From contig OZ242214.1 of the NCBI GenBank assembly GCA_965206595.1, forward strand, positions 3,648,001 through 3,712,000: a DNA stretch of 64,000 nucleotides. Direction: 5' to 3'. Positions 1 to 9,933 of the stretch are shown here, in pieces. The notes under the pieces were generated by a model that worked only from the letters and a program-made list of their open reading frames with translations, did no database searches and had not been told where the DNA came from. The position numbers were made by a program, and so were the translations under genes. How positions within the stretch are numbered: the stretch's first letter is position 1; the number at the start of each line of letters is the position of its first letter. This stretch comes from Candidatus Latescibacterota bacterium (GTDB taxonomy: Bacteria; Latescibacterota; UBA2968; UBA8231).

Positions 1-287
1 AGTGCGGGGTGGTCTTCCTCCTGGGTCCGAAGCCCGAACCCCTGCCGTTCGTCCCGGGTCCTGACACCACCCACGTCGACACCGCGATCACAGCCACGGA
101 TTCCGCAGGTTTGGATTCGGTCTTCACGGACTCGGGCCTGACGAATTCGGCTGCCGCAGATCCGTACGACCTCCAACTGTACCGGCTGCTCCGCACGGGA
201 CCTCCCCTGCCACCGCTTGCCGACACCCTGGGATACCATGACTTCGACGAGCTTTTCCGAGAAGCTGGCCGCAGCGACGACGAGTAA
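1..287 (+). CDS. possible 3' end of a hypothetical protein (partial at window edge)
   Basis: Open frame from the window start with a hydrophobic stretch then a Pro/Thr/Ser-rich segment; overlaps the pyrF start by about 50 nt, so uncertain. Confidence 0.3.
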   Translation, partial: CGVVFLLGPKPEPLPFVPGPDTTHVDTAITATDSAGLDSVFTDSGLTNSAAADPYDLQLYRLLRTGPPLPPLADTLGYHDFDELFREAGRSDDE

Positions 288-1074
288 CGACTCGCTGGTC
301 TGCGTCGGTCTGGACCCCGTTCCTTCGCGGCTCCCTGAGGGCCTTCGCGGCGAGCCGGATCCGGTCCTCGCTTTCAATCGCCGGATCATCGATTACACCA
401 GCGATCTCGTCTGCGCTTACAAGCCGAATCTCGCCTTCTACGGCGCTCTCGGGGGGCCCGGCTGGGAGGCGCTCAAGGCGACAATCGACCATGTCCCCGA
501 TGGCATTCCGGTTGTTGCGGACGCCAAGGCAGGGGACATCGGCTCGAGCGCGGAGAGATATGCCGTCATGCTCTTCGAGGAGCTCGGCGCCGACGCCGTC
601 ACCGCCAACCCCTACATGGGCGGCGACGCGATGGAGCCGTTCCTCGCCTACCGCGACAAGGGGACGTTCCTGCTCTGCCTGACCTCGAACCCCGGGGCCG
701 CGGACATCATGAAGCAGCAGCTGCCTGGGGGCAGGATGGTTTACGAAGAGGTCGCCGCAAAGGCGGCCCGGTGGAACGAGTCCGGGAACTGCGGCCTGGT
801 AGTGGGAGCCACCCAGGCTGGAGCGATGCAGTCGATAAGGGCGCTAGCCCCCGAGCTTCCGATCCTGATACCGGGGGTCGGCGCCCAGGGTGGCGACGTC
901 GAGACGGCCGTTCGTTCCGGGACGCGCCCCGACGGAACCGGCCTCCTCGTCAACGCCTCGCGTTCCATCCTGTACGCATCGGCAGGTGAGGATTTCGCCT
1001 CGGCTGCCCGCAAGGCCGCCCAAGCCCTGAGGGCGGCGATCAACCAGCACCGGCCGCGTCCGGCCGGTGCCTGA
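238..1074 (+). CDS. pyrF: orotidine-5'-phosphate decarboxylase (subfamily 2)
   Basis: CVGLDP, YKPNLAFY, DAKAGDIGSS, PYMG, LTSNPG, GLVVGAT, LIPGVGAQGG, NASRSILYAS motifs. Confidence 0.96.
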   Translation: MTSTSFSEKLAAATTSNDSLVCVGLDPVPSRLPEGLRGEPDPVLAFNRRIIDYTSDLVCAYKPNLAFYGALGGPGWEALKATIDHVPDGIPVVADAKAGDIGSSAERYAVMLFEELGADAVTANPYMGGDAMEPFLAYRDKGTFLLCLTSNPGAADIMKQQLPGGRMVYEEVAAKAARWNESGNCGLVVGATQAGAMQSIRALAPELPILIPGVGAQGGDVETAVRSGTRPDGTGLLVNASRSILYASAGEDFASAARKAAQALRAAINQHRPRPAGA

Positions 1075-1207
1075 TTCGGCGTTGGCCGACATTTTCGGGA
1101 AGCGTTTGCCGGAATTTCCGCGATCCCGAGCACCGGTAATGATGTCGAAGAGCGGACATCGCCGTGATTCCCGGATTCGGTCCCGCGGTTTATCTTCCTT
1201 TTGCCGT

Positions 1208-1285
1208 CGGGGTGTAGCGCAGTCCGGTTAGCGCACCTGCTTTGGGAGCAGGGGGTCGTCGGTTCGAATCCGACCACCCCGACCA
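1208..1285 (+). tRNA. tRNA-Pro(TGG)
   Basis: CGGGGTG/CACCCCG acceptor stem, anticodon stem CCTGC-TTTGGGA-GCAGG, GGTTCGAATCC T-loop, encoded CCA. Confidence 0.97.
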
Positions 1286-2507
1286 TTTCGAACCTCTGCC
1301 TGGGAGCTCACCCACTACCAGGGAATCGGCAGACGGACCGTCTACGTCGCCCACACCGACAGCGGGGAAATCGGCCTCGGCGAGGGCCGCAAGGAGCCTC
1401 CGGAGGTGATCGCCCAGTACATAGGCAGCAACCCGTTCGACTGGCTCGGGGACGAAACCTCCCTGCCGATCGGCACCGCGATGTACGACCTCATGGGGAA
1501 GGCGGCCGGCGTGCCGGTCTACAAGCTGTTCGGGCAGAAACACCGATCCTGGGTACCGGTGGGGAGCTGGACGGTGTCGACGCACCCGGAGCGAATGGCC
1601 GAGGCGGTGCGGCGCTACTCCCGGCAGGGTTACACCTGGCTGAAGTTCCACCTCTCCCCGTTCGAGAACGTATTCGACCAGACCGGGGCGATGATGGAGG
1701 TGGCGCCGAGGGGTTTCCGCATCCATTTCGACTTCACGGGAGGCGGCACCATAGACCACATGCCCGACCTGCTGGAGAGGCTTTCCCGCTACCCGATCGC
1801 CGGCTGCTTCGAGGACTCCATCGACCCGGGGGACACCCTGACCTCGATCGATCTGAGAAAGCGGATCCGACTGCCGATCGTCCGCCACCAGGCACCCCTC
1901 AACTGCACCTACGAAGTGCTCGCCGGCGCCGGGGACCGTCTACATGTGGGGGCACCAGAAGATCGGGGACGTCATCCGCGCCGCGGGACTGTTTGCAGCG
2001 GGCAGCATACCGTTCATGCTGCAGAACGTCGGCGGCACCATCACGCGCGCGATCACCGCCCACATGACCGCGGCGTTTCCCACCGCGACCTTCCACTTCT
2101 TCAACGATACCGAGACTTGGAAGTCCGACGTCGTGCGCGAGCGCCTCGAGCCGGTTAACGGCTTCGTCCGCGTCCCGGAAAAGCCGGGGCTGGGGCTGAG
2201 TCTCGACCGCGGCGAGCTCGCGCGGCTCGCGCTGCTCGAAGCGCCCGACCTTGTGCCCTGGATCGTCAAGTCGAGGTTCGACAACGGTACCCGGATGTAC
2301 AACGTCGCCGATGGCTAAGGGCCTCTCATGGTGCGCCCCGACTGGACGCGCGGCGGCATCCCGATGAGCTACGACGCCCCCTTATCCACCGAGCACTGGG
2401 ACAACGACGGCACCGAGGAATTCAGACGGATGTACGGCCGCGTCGAACGGGAGAGGGTGGTGATCGAGGGCCCCGAGGCAGGCCCGGACACCTTGGATTT
2501 GCCATAG
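1286..2507 (+). pseudogene. mandelate racemase/muconate lactonizing enzyme family pseudogene
   Basis: GLGE, DLMGKAAGVPVYKLFG, PGLGLSLD motifs; no start codon (frame runs into the tRNA 3' end), frameshift near 1937, in-frame TAA at 2316-2318 followed by plausible coding sequence to TAG 2505-2507. Confidence 0.8.
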
Positions 2508-2589
2508 TGGCGGCTCTTCCTTTATTTACTACCGAAGCTCGACCTCGGCGTGTAACTTCATGCCAGGGGGTGCTTTAGGAACTTTTCCG

Positions 2590-2663
2590 GTGCCCATAGC
2601 TCAGCTGGATAGAGCATCTGCCTTCTAAGCAGAATGTCGCAGGTTCGAGTCCTGCTGGGCACG
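2590..2663 (+). tRNA. tRNA-Arg(TCT), CCA not encoded
   Basis: GTGCCCA/TGGGCAC acceptor stem, TCTGC-CTTCTAA-GCAGA anticodon arm, GGTTCGAGTCC. Confidence 0.95.
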
Positions 2664-2721
2664 CCGGCAACCTCCTTCACGGAACGAGCCGCCCGGTGGT
2701 CCGCACCGGCAGCCGCTTCAT

Positions 2722-2799
2722 GGTGGGTGTAGCTCAGACGGTTAGAGCGCCAGGTTGTGGCCCTGGAGGCCGCGGGTTCGATTCCCGTCACTCACCCCA
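2722..2799 (+). tRNA. tRNA-His(GTG)
   Basis: G-1 plus GTGGGTG/CACTCAC stem, CCAGG-TTGTGGC-CCTGG anticodon arm, C discriminator and CCA. Confidence 0.96.
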
Positions 2800-2807
2800 T
2801 ATATGAC

Positions 2808-2846
2808 ATGGCCTTCCATGGTGTTTCCATGGGAGGCCATCTTCTT
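2808..2846 (+). terminator. hairpin/intrinsic terminator after tRNA-His
   Basis: ATGGCCTTCCATGG-tgttt-CCATGGGAGGCCAT followed by CTTCTT. Confidence 0.6.
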
Positions 2847-2876
2847 GTCGTCCCCTCGCCAGCAAATCCGGGAAGC

Positions 2877-3404
2877 ATGTGCGAAGCGCGAAAAAACCCG
2901 CCGCTGAGCGGCGTCGCCGACGGCGGACCCCGGTCTCCGTCGAACCTGGTCTCCCGGCCGCGATTGCTCGAAATCAGGCGCCAACTACGCGCCGCCGGGA
3001 AAAGGGTGGTCTTCACCAACGGCTGCTTCGACCTGCTGCACCGGGGCCACGTCGAGTACCTGCGCGAGGCGCGCGCCCTCGGCGACGTCCTGATGGTCGG
3101 CCTCAACAGCGACAGCAGCGCCTCCACCCTGAAAGGGCCTGGACGCCCCCTCATGACGCAGCAGGACCGCGCCGCCCTGCTGGGCGAGCTGAGATCGGTC
3201 TCCTACGTCTGCATCTTCGACGAGCCGAGCGTCGCCGCGCTCGTCGCCGAACTCCTTCCGGACGTGCTCGTCAAAGGGGGCGACTATTCCCTCGCAGAGG
3301 TCGTAGGCCGCGAGGTCGTCGAGGAAGCGGGCGGCACCGTCCGCACCCTGTCCCTGTGGACCGGCGCCTCCTCGTCGGATCTGGCGCGGCGTCTGAATCT
3401 GTAA
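2877..3404 (+). CDS. rfaE2: D-glycero-beta-D-manno-heptose 1-phosphate adenylyltransferase (RfaE domain II)
   Basis: VVFTNGCFDLLHRGHVEYL, VGLNSD, LKGPGRP, PDVLVKGGDY. Confidence 0.92.
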   Translation: MCEARKNPPLSGVADGGPRSPSNLVSRPRLLEIRRQLRAAGKRVVFTNGCFDLLHRGHVEYLREARALGDVLMVGLNSDSSASTLKGPGRPLMTQQDRAALLGELRSVSYVCIFDEPSVAALVAELLPDVLVKGGDYSLAEVVGREVVEEAGGTVRTLSLWTGASSSDLARRLNL

Positions 3405-3600
3405 GGCTTGACTGCCCGGCCCCGGACATCCGGGCGGACCGGACTCGCTCCAGTTCCTGCGCACAGCCCCCTGCTCCTTCCCCTGCTGACCGCCGGCAGG
3501 CATCCTACCGGCACGGACCCACAAAAATCTGCTGAGCGGAGGTCGGCGGGGGCATGTTATCTTTGGCAGTGGTCTGGAGAGCATCCCGCTTCCGTCCCTG

Positions 3601-6600
3601 ATGAAATCATCCTTCCCTGAAAACAGGCTCGTATTCCTGATGCACCGCGCCGCGGCGCGCGCCTTGCAGGCCGCCCTGTTATGGTCCGCTCTGTCTGTCC
3701 CCCCGGCATGGACGCAGAAGCTGCAGGATTCCCAGCTCGAGCTGCCGGGGGTGTGGGCCGGCCAGGCCGCCTGGGGAGACTACGACGGCGACGGCGACCC
3801 GGATCTTCTCCTCGTCGGCGAAACCGAGTCGGGCGGACAGTGCCTGAGGATCGCCCGGGTACTTCGCAACGACGCCGGGCTCCTCACAGAGGACGTCGCC
3901 CAGTCGCAGCGGCTGGTCGGGGTCTATTTCGGAGACGCCGGGTGGGCGGACTACGATGGGGACGGCGATCTCGATGCCGCCATCGCCGGCTGGGATGCGG
4001 ACGATCTCGGCAGTCTGCGGCTCTACATCAATGGCGCCGGCCCGGAGGAGGGTGAGCGTCTGCTGACCCCGGACATGACCCAGGTGGACGACGCAGGGAA
4101 CTCGAATTTCCGGGCTATCCGATACGCCGATCTCTCCTGGACCGACTTCGATCGCGACGGCGACCTCGACCTCACCGTAACCGGACTGGAAGGCAACGGC
4201 ACATCCCTCACCCACCTGTATCGGAACCGCGGCGGCCTGCTGGTCCTCGACGAGGCCAACAGCGAAGCCCTCGTCAACGTGCACAACGGCGACCTCGCCT
4301 GGGCGGACTACGACAACGACGGCGACCTCGACCTCGCCCTGTCCGGGGAGAACGTCATCTCCGACAACGTCACCCGCATCACCGAGTTCTACAGGAACGA
4401 TCCCATCGGCAACCTCGAGCTCGATGTCAGCGTTGCGGCGGCGCCCCGGGCCAAGGGAGGATCGCTGGCCTGGGCCGACTACGACAACGACGGCAACCTC
4501 GACCTGGCGCTTTCCGGCCGCGGCGATTCGTGGGCAGTGAAGCTGCTGCTGTACCGCAACCGGCCGGCGGGCACCCTCGGGCTCGACGACGGGTTTTCCC
4601 TCAATCCTTTCCAGACCATCGATGGGCAGCTCGCCTGGGTCGACTACGACAACGACGGCGACCAGGACCTCGCCGTGTCCGGCCGCACCCTGCTATCCGA
4701 CCACCGCGCCCAGGTGTTCGACAACGACGGCGGAACGGTCACCTCCGGGGCGGTCGAGAACCTCGAGGGCCTCGCCGGCGGCGCCGCAGTATGGGGCGAT
4801 TACGACGGCGACGGCCGCGTCGACCTGCTGCTGAGCGGGATCGATCAGTCGGGGGCCCGCCGCACCGTTATCTACGGCAACCGCGGCGTTGCCACCCCCA
4901 ACCGCGAGCCTTCCGCTCCGGCAACGCTCCACCTGGTACAGGTTACCAGCACCCGCGCCCTGTTCAGCTGGCCGGCGGGTGAAGACGTCGAGTCGCCGGC
5001 ACTTTCCTACAACCTCCGCATCGGTACCCGGCAGGCTGGCGGCGACGTTCTCTCCGCCAGCCTGCCGCCGGGACCGGGCAACGCCGGCCTCAGGACCAGT
5101 TACGTCCTCGAGCGCTCGCTGCCCCCGAACCGCTATTACTGGTCCGTGCAGGCGGTCGATGGAGGATTCGCGCGCTCGCCGTTCTCCACCGAGGGCAGCT
5201 TTGTCGTCGAGGAGCTCGTCTCGTCGGACCAGAGTCTGCGCAATCTCGAGGAAGCATCGATGTCCTGGGGGGACATCGACGACGACGGGGACGCCGACCT
5301 CGCCGTCATGGGCAGAAACCGCAGCGGCGAAGCCCGCACCTTGATCTACGTCAACGAAGCCGGCGAGCTAGGGCTGAACCTCGGGGCGGGAGTCACTCCG
5401 CTGCGCAACGGCGACCTGGCCTGGGGGGATTACGACAACGACGGCGACCTCGATCTCGCCGTCACGGGCCAGGACGGTTTCGGGACCCCCCACAGCGAGC
5501 TGTTCGCTACCGAGGTGCACGGAGGCGAGGTGAGTTTCGAGCGCGCCGGGGCCTTCCCGGATCTCTCTCTCAGCTCCGTCGAATGGGGAGACGCCGACGC
5601 CGACGGCGACCTCGACCTAGTGTTGATGGGGCTGGGCAGCGACGTCGACGGCGCGACCCGGTCACACACGCAGCTGTGGCTCAACGACGGCGAAGGCGGC
5701 TTCGCCGAGGCGCAGAAAGACCTCGTCGGATTGCACGACGGCGAGGCGGCCTGGGCGGACGCGGACGGCGACGGCGATTCCGACCTCGCCGTGACCGGAA
5801 CCAGCTCCGCCGGTACCCCAGAGCTGCGGCTCTACCTCAACGACGGCTCCGGTCCGGGAACAGGCCTGCTGTCCCTGACCGGCCTCGAGTCGAGCGACCT
5901 TGCCTGGGGGGACTGGGACCGCGACGGCGACCCCGACCTGCTCGCTTCCGGGACCGGGGATGGCGGGATGGCGACGACGCTCTGGGAAAACGACGGCGGC
6001 AGCTTCACCGAGGCCGCGGACGCGGGGCTCCCCGGCATTAGCGACGGCGACCTCGCCTGGGGGGACTACGACAACGACCAGGACCTCGACATCGCCATCA
6101 CCGGCAACGACGGATCGCAGGCGATCCTGCAGATATGGGAGAACACCATCGGCCGCACCGGCGCCGGAGGGCCGTTCGAGCAGGTCGCCCTGGAGGCGCT
6201 CCATGGTGTTCAACTCAGCGCCGCGGCCTTCGCCGATATCGAGGAAGACGGCGACCTCGACCTGGTCTCCGCCGGCCGCGGTGCCACCGGCTCCCCCCTG
6301 AGCGCCATCAACGAGAACCTCACTGCCCGGTTCAACCCCAACTTCCCCCCGCGCAACCCATCCGGGCTCGAGGCGGACGACCTCACCGGCGGGGTCGTCC
6401 TGAGCTGGCAGGTCTCCGGGGATGACGGCGCCCCTCCACCGGAGAGCCTGACCTACAACCTGCGGGTCGGGGTCACCTCGCGGGGTAACGAGGTGATTTC
6501 CGGCCTCGGGGAGGTGGGACCCGGAAACAACGGTCACCTGACCGAGCGCACCCTCGTCGGCCTTGAAAGCGGCACCTACTTCTGGTCGGTACAGGCGGTG

Positions 6601-9600
6601 GACGCCGGATTCGCCCGTTCCGGGTGGAGCCCCGAGCGACGATTCGTAATGGATGCCATGCCCCCCGTTCTCGGCGCTCACAGTACCAGCCGGGAGTTGG
6701 TGGGTCTGGATCAAACCATCACCCTGGCCCTGGAATTCACTGACGAGCACTCCGGTATCGATGCCTCGACGGCGCCCACCGTGCAGGCCGCGGTCGGCTC
6801 GGTCACCCTCGACTTCGAGCAGGTGCAGTTCACCGGGGGCACCTGGAGCGGCGAGTTGACGATCGCCGCGGGCGTGCCCTCCGGCACGGCGACGATCTCC
6901 GTGCGCGGAGTGCTGGACGGCAAGGGGAACGAGTTGATCCCCGTAGACCTCGCCGGTGCGTTCGAGGTAGACGCCGTTGCCCCCGAGGCCGTCGCCTTCG
7001 AACCGGCCTCCGGGGCCGGGGAGGTTCCGGTTTCCACTTCCGTGCTGATGGTCCGGTTCTCCGAGCCGATCGACGAGGCGACCGTAGATGAACGGAGTTT
7101 TTCACTCCGCTCGGGCGAGTCGGCAACGACGCCCCTGGCGGTCACGTACGACCCGGAGACCCACGTCGCCGTGCTGACCCCGGAGGGTGGCCTGCTTCCG
7201 GGTACGCTGTACACGGTCAAGGCCTCCGCTTCCGTTCGGGACCTGGCCGGCAACCGGCTCGCCGACACCATGAGCTGGAGCTTCAGCACGGCGGTGCCTC
7301 AGTTGCTGGAGACCAGCCCTGCCGACGGGGCCGAGGGCGTCGATCCCGCCACGGAAAGCATCGTCGCCGTCTTCGACGGCCCGCTGACGGCCGGCGCCCT
7401 CGACGCGCCCGGAGCGGTGCAGGTCCTGCGCGAGGGGGAGCCCCTCGACCTCGCCGAAGCGCCGATCTTCGACCCCGACAGCAACTCCCTTTCCATTGCA
7501 CTCGCGAGGGGCCTCGAGCCCGGAAGCCGCTACGAGGTCAACCTCGACGGCTCTCTCGCAGGTCCGCTGCGCCTGCTCGGCCAGGGAGACTTCCGCTGGA
7601 GCTTCACCACCGCGGCGCCACAGTTGCTGGAGACCAGCCCTGCCGACGGGGCCGAGGGCGTCGATCCCGCCACGGAGCGGATTACCGCCGTCTTCGACGG
7701 CCCCCTGGCCGCCAGCGCCCTCGATGCACCCGGAACGGTGCAGGTCCTGCGCGGAGAAGACCCGCTCGACCTGGCCGAGACACCGCTTTTCGACGCCGGG
7801 AGCAACTCCCTCTCCTTCGCCGTCGCCGGGGGTCTCCTCCCGGCAAGCCGCTACGAAGTCATCCTCGACGGCTCTCTCGCAGGTCCGCTGCGCCTGCTCG
7901 GCCAAGGAGACTTCCGCTGGAGCTTCACGACCGCGGCGCCACAGCTGCTGGAGACCCGTCCGACCGACGGGGAAACAGGCGTCGGTGTCGACCTCGCCGA
8001 AGCGACCGTGACCTTCAGTGTCTCCCTCGACCCTGACCAGATTACCGGCGACAACTTCCGGCTCCTGCGGGAAGGAGAGCCGGTAGCGCTTCGCTCCGGG
8101 GACCCGGCCGAACGCGATCCCGGCACCTATGCGCTGGCCCCCGAGACAGGGTGGCAGGTCGGCAGCTCCTACAGCGTCGAGATCGCCGCGGACGTCACCG
8201 GACAGCTGTCCAGTAGCGGGCCGATCTCGTGGAATTTCCAGACCGCAGTCCCGGTGGCGACCGAGCTCGCTCCGGCAGCCGGCGACGAAGCCGTTGCCAC
8301 CTCCACCCACGAGATAACGGCGGTGTTCGACTACCCGATCGACGAGACCGCCCTTGGCGCCGAGGGGGGGGGGCGCCTGCTTCTGGAGGGAAGCCCGGAG
8401 GCACTCGAGGAGCCTTCCTGGGACCCCGGCTCGCGAACGGTGACCCTTACCCCTGCGGCGGGGGGCCTCAGGGCGGGCTCGGCCTACACGGTGATCCTGT
8501 CCGCGGCCATCGCCGGACCGCGGGCCGGCGCGGAGACGCGCTGGAGCTTCAGCACGGTCGTCCCGTCTGTGGCCTCGACCGATCCCGCGGACGGCGCTTC
8601 GATCGCCGCGGGGCGCCGCCGCGTCGAGATCCTGTTCACCGCCCCGATCGACGCCGGCCTGGTGATGAATTCGAACAACTTCCGCCTCAGCAGGTCGGGT
8701 CAGCCGCTGCAGCTCGACGACGGGGACTTCCTCTACGACGAGGCGGCCAACAAGGTCAGCCTGCCCGAGGTCGACTTCCTCTCCGGCAGCTCCTACGAGG
8801 CCGCGGTCCTGCCCCGGGTGCGCGGGCCGCGCGGCGCCGACGCCGGGCCGTTCACCTGGAGCTTCAACACCGACCTGCCCGCGGTGGTGGCGACGTCGCC
8901 GCAGGCCGATGCTGAAGGGGTGTCGATAACCACCCAGGAGATCCGCATCGAGTTCTCGCTTCCGGTTGCGGTGCGGGACGGACGCGGGTTCACCCTGCTG
9001 GCGCGACAGCTCGAAGAGGTGCCTGAGGACGAAGAGACGGGGTTCGAGGTGACGGCTATTTCCGGCTTCGCCATCGACTCCGGTTTCAAGGTGGTCAGCT
9101 TCGCGCCTCGGGGAGGGCTGCGGCCGTTCACGGAATACCGGGTCAGCGTCGGCCCCGAAGTGTTCGGCGAGCTCGCCGACCGCGGCTTCGAGTTCGCATT
9201 TCGCACCGCCCCGCGGCTGACCGAGACGGCCAGCGGCGGCCTGCTCGCGACCGCGGACCGCAGGCTCGAGCTCTACCTGCCCCCCAACGCCCTCGCCGGC
9301 GGCAGCGGTGAGATCGCCATCCGGACGCGGCCGGATGACCGCGCCGAGGACGCCCGTTCCCCGGACCTCACCCCTGTCGGGCCGGCCTTCGAAATCGACG
9401 CCGGCGACGGGGTTCTGCGCAAACCCGGGACCCTGACCCTGCGCTACGAAGCCGGCGATGTCGAGGGACGCGACACCTCGCGCCTGGCGATCTTCCGCCT
9501 CGTCGACGGCGAATGGAGGCGAGTCGGCGGCACCTCCGCCCCGGCCGAGCGGGAAGTGCGGACCGCGGTCGAGGATTTCGGGACCTACGGCATCTTCGAA

Positions 9601-9933
9601 GACCTCACCGCGACTGCCGGCGCCGCGGCCATCGACGGCATCGACTGCCAGCCCCGCGCCTTCGCCCCTGCCGGAGGAAGCGGGGCGCTGCGCGACAGGA
9701 CCGACATCTCGTTCGACCTCGCCGCGGCTGCCGACGTGAGCGTCCGCGTCTACAACGCTTCCGGGCGCCTGGAGCGTGTGATCGCCCGCGACCGCCCGCT
9801 GGCTCCCGGGCGCCAGTCGCTGACCTGGAACGGCCGGGACGAGGAGGGAAAGGTGGTCGCCAGCGGCCTCTACATCGTCGTCGTCAGCGGCGGCGACATA
9901 CAGTCGGAAAAAATCGTGGCAGTAGTGCGATGA
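3601..9933 (+). CDS. giant secreted/surface protein: two FG-GAP propeller blocks each followed by an FN3-like domain, multiple SbsA/Big-type Ig domains, ZU5-like region, C-terminal FlgD-like Ig domain
   Basis: Signal-peptide-like N-terminus; many W(G/A)DYDNDGDLDL repeats; two YWSVQAVD FN3-like motifs; repeated P.DGA.GV...WSFxT units; C-terminal VYNASGRLER...WNGRDEEG..VASGLY. Confidence 0.85.
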   Translation: MKSSFPENRLVFLMHRAAARALQAALLWSALSVPPAWTQKLQDSQLELPGVWAGQAAWGDYDGDGDPDLLLVGETESGGQCLRIARVLRNDAGLLTEDVAQSQRLVGVYFGDAGWADYDGDGDLDAAIAGWDADDLGSLRLYINGAGPEEGERLLTPDMTQVDDAGNSNFRAIRYADLSWTDFDRDGDLDLTVTGLEGNGTSLTHLYRNRGGLLVLDEANSEALVNVHNGDLAWADYDNDGDLDLALSGENVISDNVTRITEFYRNDPIGNLELDVSVAAAPRAKGGSLAWADYDNDGNLDLALSGRGDSWAVKLLLYRNRPAGTLGLDDGFSLNPFQTIDGQLAWVDYDNDGDQDLAVSGRTLLSDHRAQVFDNDGGTVTSGAVENLEGLAGGAAVWGDYDGDGRVDLLLSGIDQSGARRTVIYGNRGVATPNREPSAPATLHLVQVTSTRALFSWPAGEDVESPALSYNLRIGTRQAGGDVLSASLPPGPGNAGLRTSYVLERSLPPNRYYWSVQAVDGGFARSPFSTEGSFVVEELVSSDQSLRNLEEASMSWGDIDDDGDADLAVMGRNRSGEARTLIYVNEAGELGLNLGAGVTPLRNGDLAWGDYDNDGDLDLAVTGQDGFGTPHSELFATEVHGGEVSFERAGAFPDLSLSSVEWGDADADGDLDLVLMGLGSDVDGATRSHTQLWLNDGEGGFAEAQKDLVGLHDGEAAWADADGDGDSDLAVTGTSSAGTPELRLYLNDGSGPGTGLLSLTGLESSDLAWGDWDRDGDPDLLASGTGDGGMATTLWENDGGSFTEAADAGLPGISDGDLAWGDYDNDQDLDIAITGNDGSQAILQIWENTIGRTGAGGPFEQVALEALHGVQLSAAAFADIEEDGDLDLVSAGRGATGSPLSAINENLTARFNPNFPPRNPSGLEADDLTGGVVLSWQVSGDDGAPPPESLTYNLRVGVTSRGNEVISGLGEVGPGNNGHLTERTLVGLESGTYFWSVQAVDAGFARSGWSPERRFVMDAMPPVLGAHSTSRELVGLDQTITLALEFTDEHSGIDASTAPTVQAAVGSVTLDFEQVQFTGGTWSGELTIAAGVPSGTATISVRGVLDGKGNELIPVDLAGAFEVDAVAPEAVAFEPASGAGEVPVSTSVLMVRFSEPIDEATVDERSFSLRSGESATTPLAVTYDPETHVAVLTPEGGLLPGTLYTVKASASVRDLAGNRLADTMSWSFSTAVPQLLETSPADGAEGVDPATESIVAVFDGPLTAGALDAPGAVQVLREGEPLDLAEAPIFDPDSNSLSIALARGLEPGSRYEVNLDGSLAGPLRLLGQGDFRWSFTTAAPQLLETSPADGAEGVDPATERITAVFDGPLAASALDAPGTVQVLRGEDPLDLAETPLFDAGSNSLSFAVAGGLLPASRYEVILDGSLAGPLRLLGQGDFRWSFTTAAPQLLETRPTDGETGVGVDLAEATVTFSVSLDPDQITGDNFRLLREGEPVALRSGDPAERDPGTYALAPETGWQVGSSYSVEIAADVTGQLSSSGPISWNFQTAVPVATELAPAAGDEAVATSTHEITAVFDYPIDETALGAEGGGRLLLEGSPEALEEPSWDPGSRTVTLTPAAGGLRAGSAYTVILSAAIAGPRAGAETRWSFSTVVPSVASTDPADGASIAAGRRRVEILFTAPIDAGLVMNSNNFRLSRSGQPLQLDDGDFLYDEAANKVSLPEVDFLSGSSYEAAVLPRVRGPRGADAGPFTWSFNTDLPAVVATSPQADAEGVSITTQEIRIEFSLPVAVRDGRGFTLLARQLEEVPEDEETGFEVTAISGFAIDSGFKVVSFAPRGGLRPFTEYRVSVGPEVFGELADRGFEFAFRTAPRLTETASGGLLATADRRLELYLPPNALAGGSGEIAIRTRPDDRAEDARSPDLTPVGPAFEIDAGDGVLRKPGTLTLRYEAGDVEGRDTSRLAIFRLVDGEWRRVGGTSAPAEREVRTAVEDFGTYGIFEDLTATAGAAAIDGIDCQPRAFAPAGGSGALRDRTDISFDLAAAADVSVRVYNASGRLERVIARDRPLAPGRQSLTWNGRDEEGKVVASGLYIVVVSGGDIQSEKIVAVVR
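7274..7956 (+). repeat. intragenic tandem duplication, 321-bp period (107-aa Ig domain)
   Basis: CAG(T/C)TGCTGGAGACC starts at 7300, 7621 and 7942; long identical stretches such as CTCGACGGCTCTCTCGCAGGTCCGCTGCGCCTGCTCGGCCA. Confidence 0.9.

Noticed and set aside
2316-2318. Stop-codon recoding in the enolase-family gene
   Set aside because: The codon is TAA, and the gene also has a frameshift and lacks its 5' end, so decay is simpler
2757-2876. N-terminal extensions of ORFs running through tRNAs (also 1201-2067, 18476-18997)
   Set aside because: They overlap clear tRNA genes; true starts lie downstream or the ORFs are spurious
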